DNA from: Pecten maximus
Lineage: Eukaryota
NCBI RefSeq assembly: GCF_902652985.1
Contig: NC_047017.1
Span: 46,376,001 to 46,440,000 of the forward strand
Reading direction: 5' to 3'
DNA length: 64,000 nucleotides
The notes under the pieces were generated by a model. That model worked only from the letters and a program-made list of their open reading frames with translations. It had not been told where the DNA came from and searched no databases. Below, one piece after another: positions 1 to 14,200 of the stretch. Each line of letters begins with the position of its first letter. Position 1 is the first letter of the stretch. A program made the position numbers and the translations under genes.

Positions 1-404
1 CTACGAGTATACAGAGTTTCCTGACATGTATACAGTACTCAGCAACTTTTCATATTTGCTCATTATTTAGTATTATTTTGTGTACCTGGTTTTCAACATA
101 AAAGTTATAAACAATTATTACAATGTATTATTGTTTTGTTCTCTGCATGTAAAATATTTGTATTCTGTAACTACAAATGCGTGATCAAGTAAAATGAGAT
201 GTGTTAAGCATATCTGAAAAGCATAATATTTTTACTTCTATTGAGTCCAGCATCCTAGTATTATATTGTTCTGTCAATAAGCAGCAAATCGTAAGTGTAT
301 TGTATCTCCTTTTCGGGTGAGCTTACAATGGGAGACTAACTCAGAAATCGCGTATTGAATGTATTGATTTACATCTGAAAAATTGAATAAAGAAATGTAC
401 AAAC

Positions 405-2200
<1,796 letters not shown>

Positions 2201-5200
2201 ATGTGGAACCAGAAAATAGTCGTTCCTCCCATTGTCTGCAACATGAAGACCACTGTAACAGCAAATAACAAGGGTATGTTATTACAAAACTACACAATTA
2301 GTCTTTATTTTGGCCTCGGGCCAAGTTTGTTTTTGTACTACATAAACGACATGCCCCAACTGTATAGTTGAGTGTAAGCTAACTTTGACATCTAGTGTAC
2401 TACGTTTAAACTAGTAGTGCACTACATTTAAACTACAGGTAAACTAGTAGTGCACGACACCCTAAGAGATGATGAACAGCAAAACCCCCATACAGGTAAT
2501 GGGCAGTACCCAAGGCTACCTGTGATTTTTACCTGTACTGTACATATATAAGGCTATCTAGCACAGGTACTTGGGGTAAGAAATTACATTTGTATATATA
2601 TACTATATAGCCTCGTATTACTATATAAAAGTAATACGAGGCTATATAGTATATATATACAAATGTAATTTCTTACCCCAAGTACCTGTGCTAGATAGCA
2701 GTTATATTCAAAGAGCTATTAAAAAGGTTTTGCAAGTTTAGTTTGATGATAGATTTCAACCTTTCTATTCTTGTTAATTATGCACTGTAACTTAAGACAG
2801 ATTTACTTTAGAAATCCTTTAACTAAGTTAAATTGTTCAAGCCAAGTTTCATTTATCTTTTGGTACTTTATATTTTGTATTGATTAATCAGTTATATATT
2901 TCACATGTTTAATTCCAGTAATTTTGTTTTCATCACATGAAAGTATATAATAGTACATTTGAAAACAATTATCGTTACTTGAACATTTTCAATTTGATAC
3001 ATTTAATTTTTATTGTAGTTTAATTTCAGATTAAATTAAGCAGCATATTCATAATTTCATTTTTATGTGATGTTATGCTTATTAAAACCTAATTCAGCCC
3101 ATAATATATGTTGTACATTCTATGTGTATACATCCAATGCTTAAAGTCAGAAACCTGAACACATTAGGAAATTAACTAAACCTTGATTTAACATGTAAAG
3201 AAAGAGATTCTTTGAATGTACTGGTAATTAAGTGATCATAACAGTTCTACATTTCAAAATTTTAAGTTTATAAAAGGTATATGTTACTTGTAAAACACCT
3301 TCCATTTTCCTTTACTGAAATAGTTGAAATTTCTGTACATGTACCCGTGTGCAGGTATCTAGTACTTTGAAGATCTAACATATTGGATCTGATTCCAGGT
3401 ACATGTATCAGTTACAGGTAACACAGAATGAGATAATGGCCTGAGGGAACAATTAATTAATGTCATTTTTGTTATGAAATACATATAAGGCAAACTTGGG
3501 GAGGGGAAGGGCAACAATTTTAAGCTTATATAACACACATACATGTTCATGTCATACAACACTTGTATTTATAATTTCATAATTTTCTTCTATAAAGTTA
3601 CCTGCTATCAAATATATTACATACACATGTGGATCATGTGGACCTTATTAAGCCAAATTTTTTTTTTACAGTTCATGCTAACATGTTTTTCGGCATAGCC
3701 GTATAATTTTCTTTTGGCATGCTTTTGGCCTCGGATATGACGCGACAGGTGGCGTTACTTGTCAAGATGAAGTATGTGATTGGTCAATGTAGCGGTAAAT
3801 GCAAAATGCAGATATGTAGTTAAAAAACGAAACAAAGTTAAGATTTAATGCAAGATGATTAAGTAGATTATCTTTTTAAATGACACATTAATAAAATCAT
3901 ATTCCTGATTCAAATGCGTTTTTATTATTACCAAAAATGATTCAAACTGATATAATTTTGTTTTCGTGCTAAAACGCTTTAGTTCGTACTTATTTCCCCA
4001 TCAGTTTTACATTATAACCATCAGCATTAAAACTATGCCGTTTATCTTTTTTATAGATATTTCTTGTTTGCAATATTGTTTGAAAAAAATAATTTTGGGA
4101 TACATTTTGATCAGCATTTAAGTGTTTCCCTATTGCATTAAGAAAATGATTAACTGTTCATTACCTTAAAATGTATAACTGATGGGGATTTTACCCCTTC
4201 TTGTAATTAAAGAAAATCAGCATATAAACTATATTTATTGAATATCTTTATTGAGAAGAAAAATGTATATAAAAATCAATTATTTTTGGATGATTTGCAA
4301 ACAAAAATAAACTATGAAGTTTTGAAAAAAAACATCCACAGGTAGATATCATATATGGGTAGTGTTAGATGCTAATTACAGGTAGGTAAGGCAAAGGAGC
4401 CTGGCACAGCATGCTATAAATGGCCCCTGGGGGTAATTGGGAACTTGACAAAACAGGCACACCTAAAAGCTTAAGACTGATCCTCAACATCATACATATA
4501 TATTGGGCTGTAATATCTCCCCGACACTTTTTTCTATATACATCAATGACCTTGTGCATGACATAAATGGTCTGAACTGTGGCATACCGGTAGATAACAT
4601 TTACATTTCACTCCTCCTATACGCCGATGATATCGCGCTGATGGCCCCGGATGAACACTCTCTCCAACGTATGTTAGACAGTCTCGGCGAGTGGTGTAGA
4701 AAGTGGCGCTTACAGGTTAATCAGTCAAAAACCAAAGTGATTCACTTCAGAAACCCGTCGGTGCCTCAATCTCTCGTGAGCTTTACCTGTGGCGACCTTG
4801 ACATTTCGACCGTGGACCGTTATAGGTACCTAGGACTATGGTTCACTGAACACCTTGATATGACTATTACTGCACGTGAACTCTCAAAATCAGCGGGTAG
4901 AGCTTTATGTGCCCTATATACTAAATTTATACTAGCTGGTGGAATGACATATTCAGTTTTTAAATCATTGTATGAATCGCTGGTTGAGCCTGTTTTATTT
5001 TACGGCGCGGGTATATGGGGCCTAAATACGTACAAGTTTATACAAACTGTTCAAAACAGAGCATGTAGATACTTTCTTGGCTGTGGAAAAAAACGCATCA
5101 AATATCGCAACGCGTGGCGACATGGGCTGGGATTCCTGTATGGTGAAACAAAAACTTGAAGTGTGTAGATTGTGGCTAAGACTTCGTAGTACAGAAATGG

Positions 5201-8200
5201 ACAGAATAACGTATAAGATACATGCATGGTCTCTGTCTACTCCAAAGAGTTGGGAAACCAAAACTAAGAAATTTCTCCAGGATCGTGATCTTACAGACTT
5301 TTTAATACATGATGTTGATAAAATTCATTGTTTAAATATTGCTAAAATAGTATTAAGTAATGAGGATAGAGGAAACTGGTATAGAGATTTATGGAATGAT
5401 ATTGGTAATGAGAACGGAAACAAACTTAGAACTTACAGAAAGTATAAATATTGTGTTACACCTGAATATTATGTCACCACGATTATCAGTAGGCACCACC
5501 GTAAATGTTTAGCGAAATTTCGCTGTGGTAACTTAAAATTGAATATAGAGACCGGTCGGTACACTGTTCCAAAAACTCCATTACAAGAACGAGTTTGTCG
5601 ATTATGTAGTTCAAACCATATTGAAGATGAAACTCACTTCCTGATTGATTGTGATTTTTACGATGATTTAAGAAATACTTTGTTGGAGCAAGCAGGAGTG
5701 TTTAGTCCTACTTTTTTTGAGCTTGACTCCCAACATAAACTTATATATTTAATGAATAATAATGCACTACAGTGCTCATTATCATCTGTTTTATATAAAA
5801 TGTACAGAAGACGGCAATGCTTTTAAGGGTGAGATATTTTAGAAATTGTGTCAGATTTATCTGATTTTATCATAGTTGAATATTTTATGAATTGGATCAG
5901 GTTTATTGTGCATTTTAAAATTGTAATATATTGTAAGCAAATGTGACAATACTTTAGAATATTTTAGCATGTATTTCTTAAATTTAGTTAATGCATAGCT
6001 CTTATTAGATGATGATATGACAGTGTCTCATAGGTCGAAATCGGCCGGGATTCAAATGCGTTTTTATTATTACCAAAAATGATTCAAACTGATATAATTT
6101 TGTTTTCGTGCTAAAACGCTTTAGTTCGTACTTATTTCCCCATCAGTTTTACATTATAACCATCAGCATTAAAACTATGCCGTTTATCTTTTTTATAGAT
6201 ATTTCTTGTTTGCAATATTGTTTGAAAAAAATAATTTTGGGATACATTTTGATCAGCATTTAAGTGTTTCCCTATTGCATTAAGAAAATGATTAACTGTT
6301 CATTACCTTAAAATGTATAACTGATGGGGATTTTACCCCTTCTTGTAATTAAAGAAAATCAGCATATAAACTATATTTATTGAATATCTTTATTGAGAAG
6401 AAAAATGTATATAAAAATCAATTGTTTTTGGATGATTTGCAAAAAAAACAACAAAAAACCTATAAAGTTTTGAAAAAAAACAACATCCACAGGTAGATAT
6501 CATATGGGTAGTGTTAGATGCTAATTACAGGTAGGTAAGGCAGAGGAGCCTGGCACAGCATGTTATAAATGGCCCCTGGGGGTAAATTGGGAACTTGACA
6601 AAACATGCACACCTTAAAAGCTTAAGACTGATCCTCATATCATACATACATATATGTAGGTAAGGTGTTATGGAGGTCCATAAAGTGGTGCCACTGGTGG
6701 TAAGGTGGGGTTTGGGGCCTGGGGCCCAGGGGGCCATGACAACAGGCATGTCCTGAGAGTACCAATTATACATACAGGCACATTTACATAAGTATATATC
6801 TTGTTGTGTAGATATTATGTCTCTTACAAAACATAAATGAGGATATACAAAACTTCTGATTCTTGATACTTGATTATGTACTATGCAATGATTTCATGGT
6901 TGAATTAACAGATATTAGTGAAATAACAATACATTGAATTTAAAAATATTTTTGTCTGATAAAATACAAAGTAATAAATATCAAAATATATATGTACAGT
7001 GTACTTGAAAAAAAAAAATCTACAGTCATCAAGGCCTAAGGTAGAATTAATCATTAATATAAAATGTATAATAATTACAACTAAAAAAAGAATAAATGAA
7101 AAGCATAGTATTGATTCAAAATTTTGAAATCAGAAAGATAAACCTTAATTATACACTAAAATGAAATCTTAAAAAAAAAAATAATGATGAAAAAACCCAC
7201 TACAAATCCAATTGATAGAGTTTTAATTCCCCTTGTGCAATATATCATATAATAACCGCAGCCAATTTTATTTTGAGTTAGTATTAGATAAAATTTTATC
7301 AACATTTAAAAGATATATATAAGGCAGTCAATTCATGATCACGAGTGTAGGACAAAAGCCCCCCCGGACATTAGCCCCTAGGACAAAAGCCCCTCCGGAT
7401 GAAAGCCCCCCCCAGACATTTGCTAAAAACATATATTGAAATTAAAAAAAAAAATAAAATGAAAAAATAAATAAAAAAAAAAATTTATGAAGGGGCTTTT
7501 GTCCATTTTTTGATTAGTGTGAAGGGGCTAATGTCCGGGGGGGGGGGGCTAATATTCAGGGGGGGAGGGGCTTTTGTCCGTACCTCCAATTTACACAGGT
7601 CTGTATATGTAACAAATACAGGTATCTAACACATGTACAGGTGCCTATTGGCACTGTCCATTACCTGTATAGGGGGATTTGTGGTCACACCTGACTGGAC
7701 GTAGTGCACTACTAGTTTACCTGTAGCTTAAAGGTAGTGCACTAGGGTGTAAAGGTTAGCTTACACTCAACTGTATCTCTACCGAGATACTGCCTCAGTT
7801 AGGTTGGACGTTGTTTGCCAATGATACTATTGTGTACATCACGGTTAAATCCACTGAAACGTCAAACTCTCCGCAGAGTGATATGGATCAATTAGCAAGA
7901 TGGGAAAAACTCTGGAAAATGGAATTCCATCCCCAGAAGTGCAAGTCCTATCAATTACAAAAAATAAAACCCATCTGAAATTTAAATATTATTTACACAG
8001 ATATTGCCTTAATTGACCATACTGCTACATTTGTAAATCTAAATACCTACATGTAAATGTAGGTGTCACTGTAGCCGGGTTCAGTGCTACACAAAACATC
8101 ACACAGATGTAATTCTCGGTTCAATCTTTTATTGGACGGGAACAACAGAAGAAGACCTCTGCTATAACATAAATAAACATAAGAACACTACGGTACATTA

Positions 8201-11200
8201 TAAAAGATCGACACTAAACATTACACACTGGAACTGAACTAACATCATATGTAACACCCGTAATGGTTATAATTAACATAACAAACTTGATTACATTCAT
8301 CAGTATCACATAAATACAATGCGTAAATATATTAGAGTGAGAAAAATAACGCAAGTATTAAAAATACAATTGTACCTACTCTATCACTCTGACAGAGGTC
8401 TTTAGACACATATAGCGACAAAGTCAGTTTCTCTGCTTCATACTATGGTTCTGTTGAAAAATGAAACAACAAAACTAAATGTATATATTAACAAATGACA
8501 TGTAAAATAATTTATGAATAACAGTTTCCGTAATAGCAAAACGAGGACCATGCCGGAAAATGTGTTTACCAAAATTGAAATTAAAGACTTTTACTTGTTT
8601 TGATATTCCAATAAATCCTCATCCATAAAGGTAAGATACAATTTGAAATTGGACCAAAACCTGATAACATTCCAGACACTTACTTTTAAACATGTCCTGT
8701 TTCAAATCTGTCGTTAACTTCATAATTACAATATATTGAAGGTCTGTATCGTTTATTGTCCAGTGAGTGAGTAACGGTGCGAGAGAGATATGTACAGGTA
8801 CTCATACGAACATGCAATCACGTGACAAGGACAACACATAACACAACTAACAAATAGTTAAGACACACGTGGACAAGACAAACCATTTGGACCAATACAG
8901 ACAGGTATATGAAAATAACAACAAACGTTATACATACGTTGTGCATATAATATAATAATATATAATAGATGCCATTGAAACATAATAAAAACAACACTGC
9001 CACATCACTATTCAACAAGATCTCAAATGGGACTCGCACATAACAAATATTACCAACAAAGCAAACAAAACATTAGGCTTCATTGGGTACAACCTAAAGA
9101 TAAACTCCAAAAGTATAAAAGAGCAAGCATACAAATCATTAGTGGGTCCATCATTGGAATATGCTTGCTCTGCATGGGACCCATATCTAAAGTCTGACAT
9201 AAGTAAAATAGAAATGGTCCAACGTAGCTGCAGCTAGATTTGTCTAAAATCGCTTTCACAACAGTACACCTCTAGGTCTAGTGACATGATATACAACCTC
9301 AACTGGCCTAGTCTCGCTGACAGACGCAAGGACGCCCGTTTTATTATGATGTATTAGATCACACATCACAAAGTATCTATTAACAAAGACCTCCATCTAA
9401 CACCACAATTACATGTACATAAATCCAGACAATCACACACACTCTCCTATCAGTTCCCTCATTGTAAAACAGACTGTCGCAAATTCTCCTTCTTTCCAAG
9501 AGCCGTATCAGATTGGAACATACTTCCGTCTGAAGATTGGAACATACTTCCGTCTGAAGATTGGAACATACTTCCGTCTGAAGATTGGAACATACTTCCG
9601 TCTGAAGATTGGAACATACTTCCGTCTGACTTAGCTTCTTCTGTATCTATAGACTGTTTCAAATCTAAACTCAAATCTCTAAATAATTAATCTTGCTTCC
9701 TTTTTGCACACACAATCCTAAATATTGACAAATGTGCCTTTAGCTGTTTTTGGACCTATTATCTATATCAGACATTATGGAAACCAACATTATAAGAATT
9801 AATGAACCCATAATCCTATTTTTTGATTGCAAAGTTTAGTGTGTTGCATGATTTTGAATATAATATATTTCCCGTTTATTAACTTTATATGTGTTGTTTT
9901 TTGTAAAGTGTTTCATAAGGTAACTTTTCTCAAACAGCATATCCCCATTTTAGTACATTACAGAAGTATGAAAACAACAATGGCAAATCTCACTCACCTA
10001 CTATCGGATGTGTCTGTGTGGAAATCTGAGCTGCACATCCTGTCAAAGATGGTCTACAAGAAACACGCACAGCGGAGGAGAGAAAAAACACTACAAGGGC
10101 TTAAACGAGTATGGTTTTGTCACATTCTGAAGCTGCCATATATCTTACTATTTTGGATGGATTTTCTTTTTCTTATCACTAACTCAGGGCTAGTAGACTT
10201 GACTAAAAATCTGCTAGCCCAGCAAATATGCATACACTCTTTTACTTGGAAAATATTAAAGATCAGTTAAGAAAATATATTCAGAAAAGACTGTCCAGAT
10301 TCTGGTAAGGTAAGATTATTGCCAAGCATTGTATTTCGGTCACCCCCATGAATAGAATGGAATTCTCAGCTATCTGCTGAAACACCGTAGGGACATCAAT
10401 AGCTACCAGCTGTAGCTGTAGACCAAGCTGAAAAATTAGGAGCCCTCAAGGGATCAACTAGTGGATTTTCATACTAGTATAGAATAAGATCTTTCGATGA
10501 TCCATTTCTACAGATTCAGATCTATTAGAGTTACTTCCCTTCTTTCACTCTGTTAGATGGTATGGAGATATGATTTTGAACATTTTTTAAAATATATCAT
10601 GTATTGGTTATATTTATATTTTAGATGTGCTCACATGTATACATGACATTAATTGGTCCCCTTACTTAAGCTTTCACCTCTTAAATATATAAGTGTATAA
10701 GAACCATCAATAAATAGAAAAGTCACTTGGTTAAACATTTATATACATTTTGATTTATTTAATTTTGTATGGCAACAGCTGTGTTTAAAACTTTACAGAT
10801 CAAGTCATGCTTGGAAAGATTTTGTGCCTTTGAGGGTGTTAAGTATCTTGAGGATATAACAAGGTCACTAGATTCGTAAGTATAGAAAATATTGGCAGTG
10901 AAGAAAATGTATTATGAGTTTTGTTAATGTTCAAAATCAGCCTTCAATTCGTTTGATGATTATCAATTTTTCATTCATGGAATATTAACTCTTAATTCTT
11001 GAATATTAATTCTCGATTCATTGAATATTAATTATTCATTCATTGAATAGTAATTCTTTTTTCATTGAATATCAATTCTTAATTTATTTCTCAACTACTG
11101 CTGATGTACATGTACTTGATGTGTTCAGATGAACAAATTTTTGTATAGAAGAAGTATAAAATAATAATTCAACTTATGGTAGTCATCATATATGAATTGA

Positions 11201-14200
11201 TTGATATTATGCCTGATAATCTATTATAGTGTTGACCTTGATGATAACGCTGCATACCTGCCCTCCAGACAGATGTTAGAGTTTGTCCTTGTGAGACTGA
11301 TGGGTATGGCAGCCCTGTTAACCCAGACCATGGCATATTGTGTACACACCTTCATGTATCCTTGGCATTTCCTAATGATGAAAATTGTAAAATCTTTAAA
11401 ATACAAAATGTACTCCCTCATTCTACACTGTAATATTAAAAAAATGATTTAATGTATTTCAGTACATCTATGTACATGTATATTAAAAATGATGAGTGTC
11501 TGTTTATTATAATTAATTTTTTGCTGTTTGTATGTAAAATGCTGCTTTCTAATTCATCATTTTTTTTCTTTTCATACTTCTATGGGTAAAACAAAGATTT
11601 AAGCTCTGCCCTCTTGATAATGATTGGAGGAGTCTATGGCAACACGCCACCTGGCTAAAGTACTTTTTCGTGACTGAAATTCCTGTTTACTATATATACT
11701 CTTGTTTATACACATGCAATGTGCTTTGCTCACTGTCTGTCAATGTTGTGAAAAAAGCAAATTGCAACAACCTTAAATATTAGCATACCAAAAAGAAGAA
11801 AAATAAAACAATGAGGCAGTTATGACTTTTTCATGATAAAATCAGTTTCATATTTTCACACATGTTGAACTGGGCTTACGTCATCAAAACAAAAGGTCAT
11901 CTGTTTACATGTATGAGGTATGCATTCGACTCTTAAGACTACAGAATGAAGACAAAATACCTGGCATGTATGCAATATGATCTCCGGATCTTCAAAAGTG
12001 ATGAGACCCCCTCTTGACTGACGTATATCGCACGAGAGGCCACGGAAGGGATATTTGAATGTTGTGATTTGTCAAAAAATAATCCGTAATTTCACTTTTT
12101 GAATTGATGGATTTCTACATCAGTTTTTGTTTTTCTGTTGTAATTAAGAAATCAATCATAAGCTTTGATGTAAATATTTTCTAGTTTCGTAGGGATATGA
12201 AAAAAAAATTGTCTGAAAACTTTTGTAGGTACAAATGCACGGATTCATACAGTTTGCAAGCAATTTTGTTTTCATATCCCTATGAAACTAAAAAATATTG
12301 ACATCAATGCTTAATTTAAACAACCAATCACAGCTTGACTCTAAAATGGAATAATACCATATTATCCTTGACATGACCACTAGCACTGTTCAACATGATC
12401 TGGAGATAGGTATCCTCATCCCACAGTCAATGCTCTTCTTGTCTATAATCAGCCGGATATGGTAAGTACATTTTTACCTTATAAAATGATTTAAATTGTA
12501 CTTTCAGAAATTGTTACATGCTCCTATCTTCCAAACTATGTAACTTTTTAAGTGATATCTGTTTTGATTTCCAATGATTTCATGTTGTTTTTTGTTTTTT
12601 TTTGTAGATGTTGTTTCAGTAACAATTACCATGCTTGCTTACCATGGCTATTTAGAAGGGCAACTCTCAATTTTGAACACTTTAGAGTTTAGATATGAAT
12701 TATCACTATATTTGCATATTGTTACGTCATGTTGATATAGTAGTAGGGACTAATATCATTTTACTCTAAATACTAACCAGATGCAGACATCTATTAATTA
12801 GCTGACCAAGTAATATTTTGGTTGTGTTCGTAATATAATTAGGATCTTAGATGAGTTTTTGATTTCATATGAGATTTTATGAAACAAGTCTTAAAGCAAG
12901 CGAAGCAAGCAAACTTACTAGTGACATGCAATAGATATGCTCCATGGGTGAATTGAATAATTTTATAACAGGCCAATTATGTGCTAAATACGACAGTGTT
13001 GAAATTCTAATGAGAAAGAGGCAATTGTATATTACATGTAACTGTGCAACAGCTGGATGATCAAGTTACCTATGAATTTTATAAGAAACCTATTCTGAAA
13101 TGTACTCATGTAATATGTACATTGTAATTAAACAATTTAAATGAAATACTTTATTATCAACAAACTTCTGACATTTTCATTATGATCCACAAACTTCTTA
13201 CATTTTCATTACTGGTATCAACAAACTTCTTACATTTTCAGGATTTTGAGTAACTCTACCTGTATATATATGGTCACATGGTACAACTCGCTACAAAAGT
13301 GCATGGACCATTTGGAACCTACACAAGTTGTATGGGTAAGTTCAGACGTGTTTCATTTATCCACGTGTGACTACAGTTTTGCCTTAATTACTCTACTTGA
13401 CACTGGAACTTCATACTTTGGGAATGGGTTAACCATGCAGGGTGAGATATAGTGTATAGTATTAAGTCTAGTAACTTGACTAATTATCTTGTTAAATCTT
13501 GTTTTAATTAAAATAAGCCTTCCATTGTTACATTTTAACACCACCTGTTGTCTGCCATATTTGAAATAAAACATTCTTAAGGCTCCTTAATGCATTTGAA
13601 TATTTAGTTACATGTACAAATGTATAATTGAGTCTACTGATTAAATAATAACTTAACTGAGGACAATATATATGTATTCTTCCCAGTTTCGATATAGGAT
13701 ATACATGTATACGTATTTCATGTACACATAACAACACCAAAAGATTTCAGTTCTCTTAGAATTTTACAAAAATAATTGAATTTTGCTATTTCCTTTAAAA
13801 CTATATATATTACAAACACAAAATGATCAAATTATTATCATCATGAAATATTTTGAAAAATAATTTCAAGCAAAGTTTTGTGATAATCTGTCTTTGTTTT
13901 ATTTTCATGCATCGATTTTGGGACCTCCTGGACATCATTTTTGGTCAATTTTTTTCATGTACAAAATATGCTAATAGAATGTTTTTTCCAGCATTTTCAG
14001 CCCAAAAAAGTACCTGCATAAATTACACATTTGGGCAGGTTACACATTATTTTTACCGTTGTGATTCTGTAAATACTGGAATTATTATGAAAATTTGTAG
14101 TTTGACTAGCTTAATTAGCTGAACGAAATTTGTAGCTGCCGCCATAATTTATGTACATGTATATATATATTATTACACCTTTAAATGTTTTGACATACAC

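Larger units (their letters stand above)
2365..7773. mobile_element. Non-autonomous TIR DNA transposon (TA target duplication, Tc1/mariner-like CAGTTGAG ends), copy 1, with nested insertions
   Basis: Left end TAGTTGAGTGTAAGCTAAC...GTAGTGCACTAC is the inverse of right end GTAGTGCACTAC...GTTAGCTTACACTCAACTG. TA flanks at 2363-2364 and 7774-7775. No transposase ORF. A second copy lies at 45481-47944. Confidence 0.85.
2310..9690 (+). mobile_element. Degenerate CR1-group LINE ORF2 3' portion, broken into three pieces (2310-2364, 7776-8048, ~9000-9690) by later insertions
   Basis: The pieces read collinearly as RT and C-terminus: GLGPSLFLYYINDMPQL / LFANDTIVY...QSDMDQLARWEKLWKMEFHPQKC / ITIQQDLKWDSHITNITNKANKTLGFI...AYKSLVGPSLEYACSAWDPY...IEMVQR...DWNILP. 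Confidence 0.85.

Noticed and set aside
8500-8720. Minus-strand LKVSVWNV resembling a LINE APE N-terminus
   Set aside because: Only one short motif with weak downstream similarity, too little to call.
9413-9674. Repetitive ORFs (KIGTYFRL / SSDGSMFQ repeats)
   Set aside because: Off-frame translations of the 24-bp tandem repeat.
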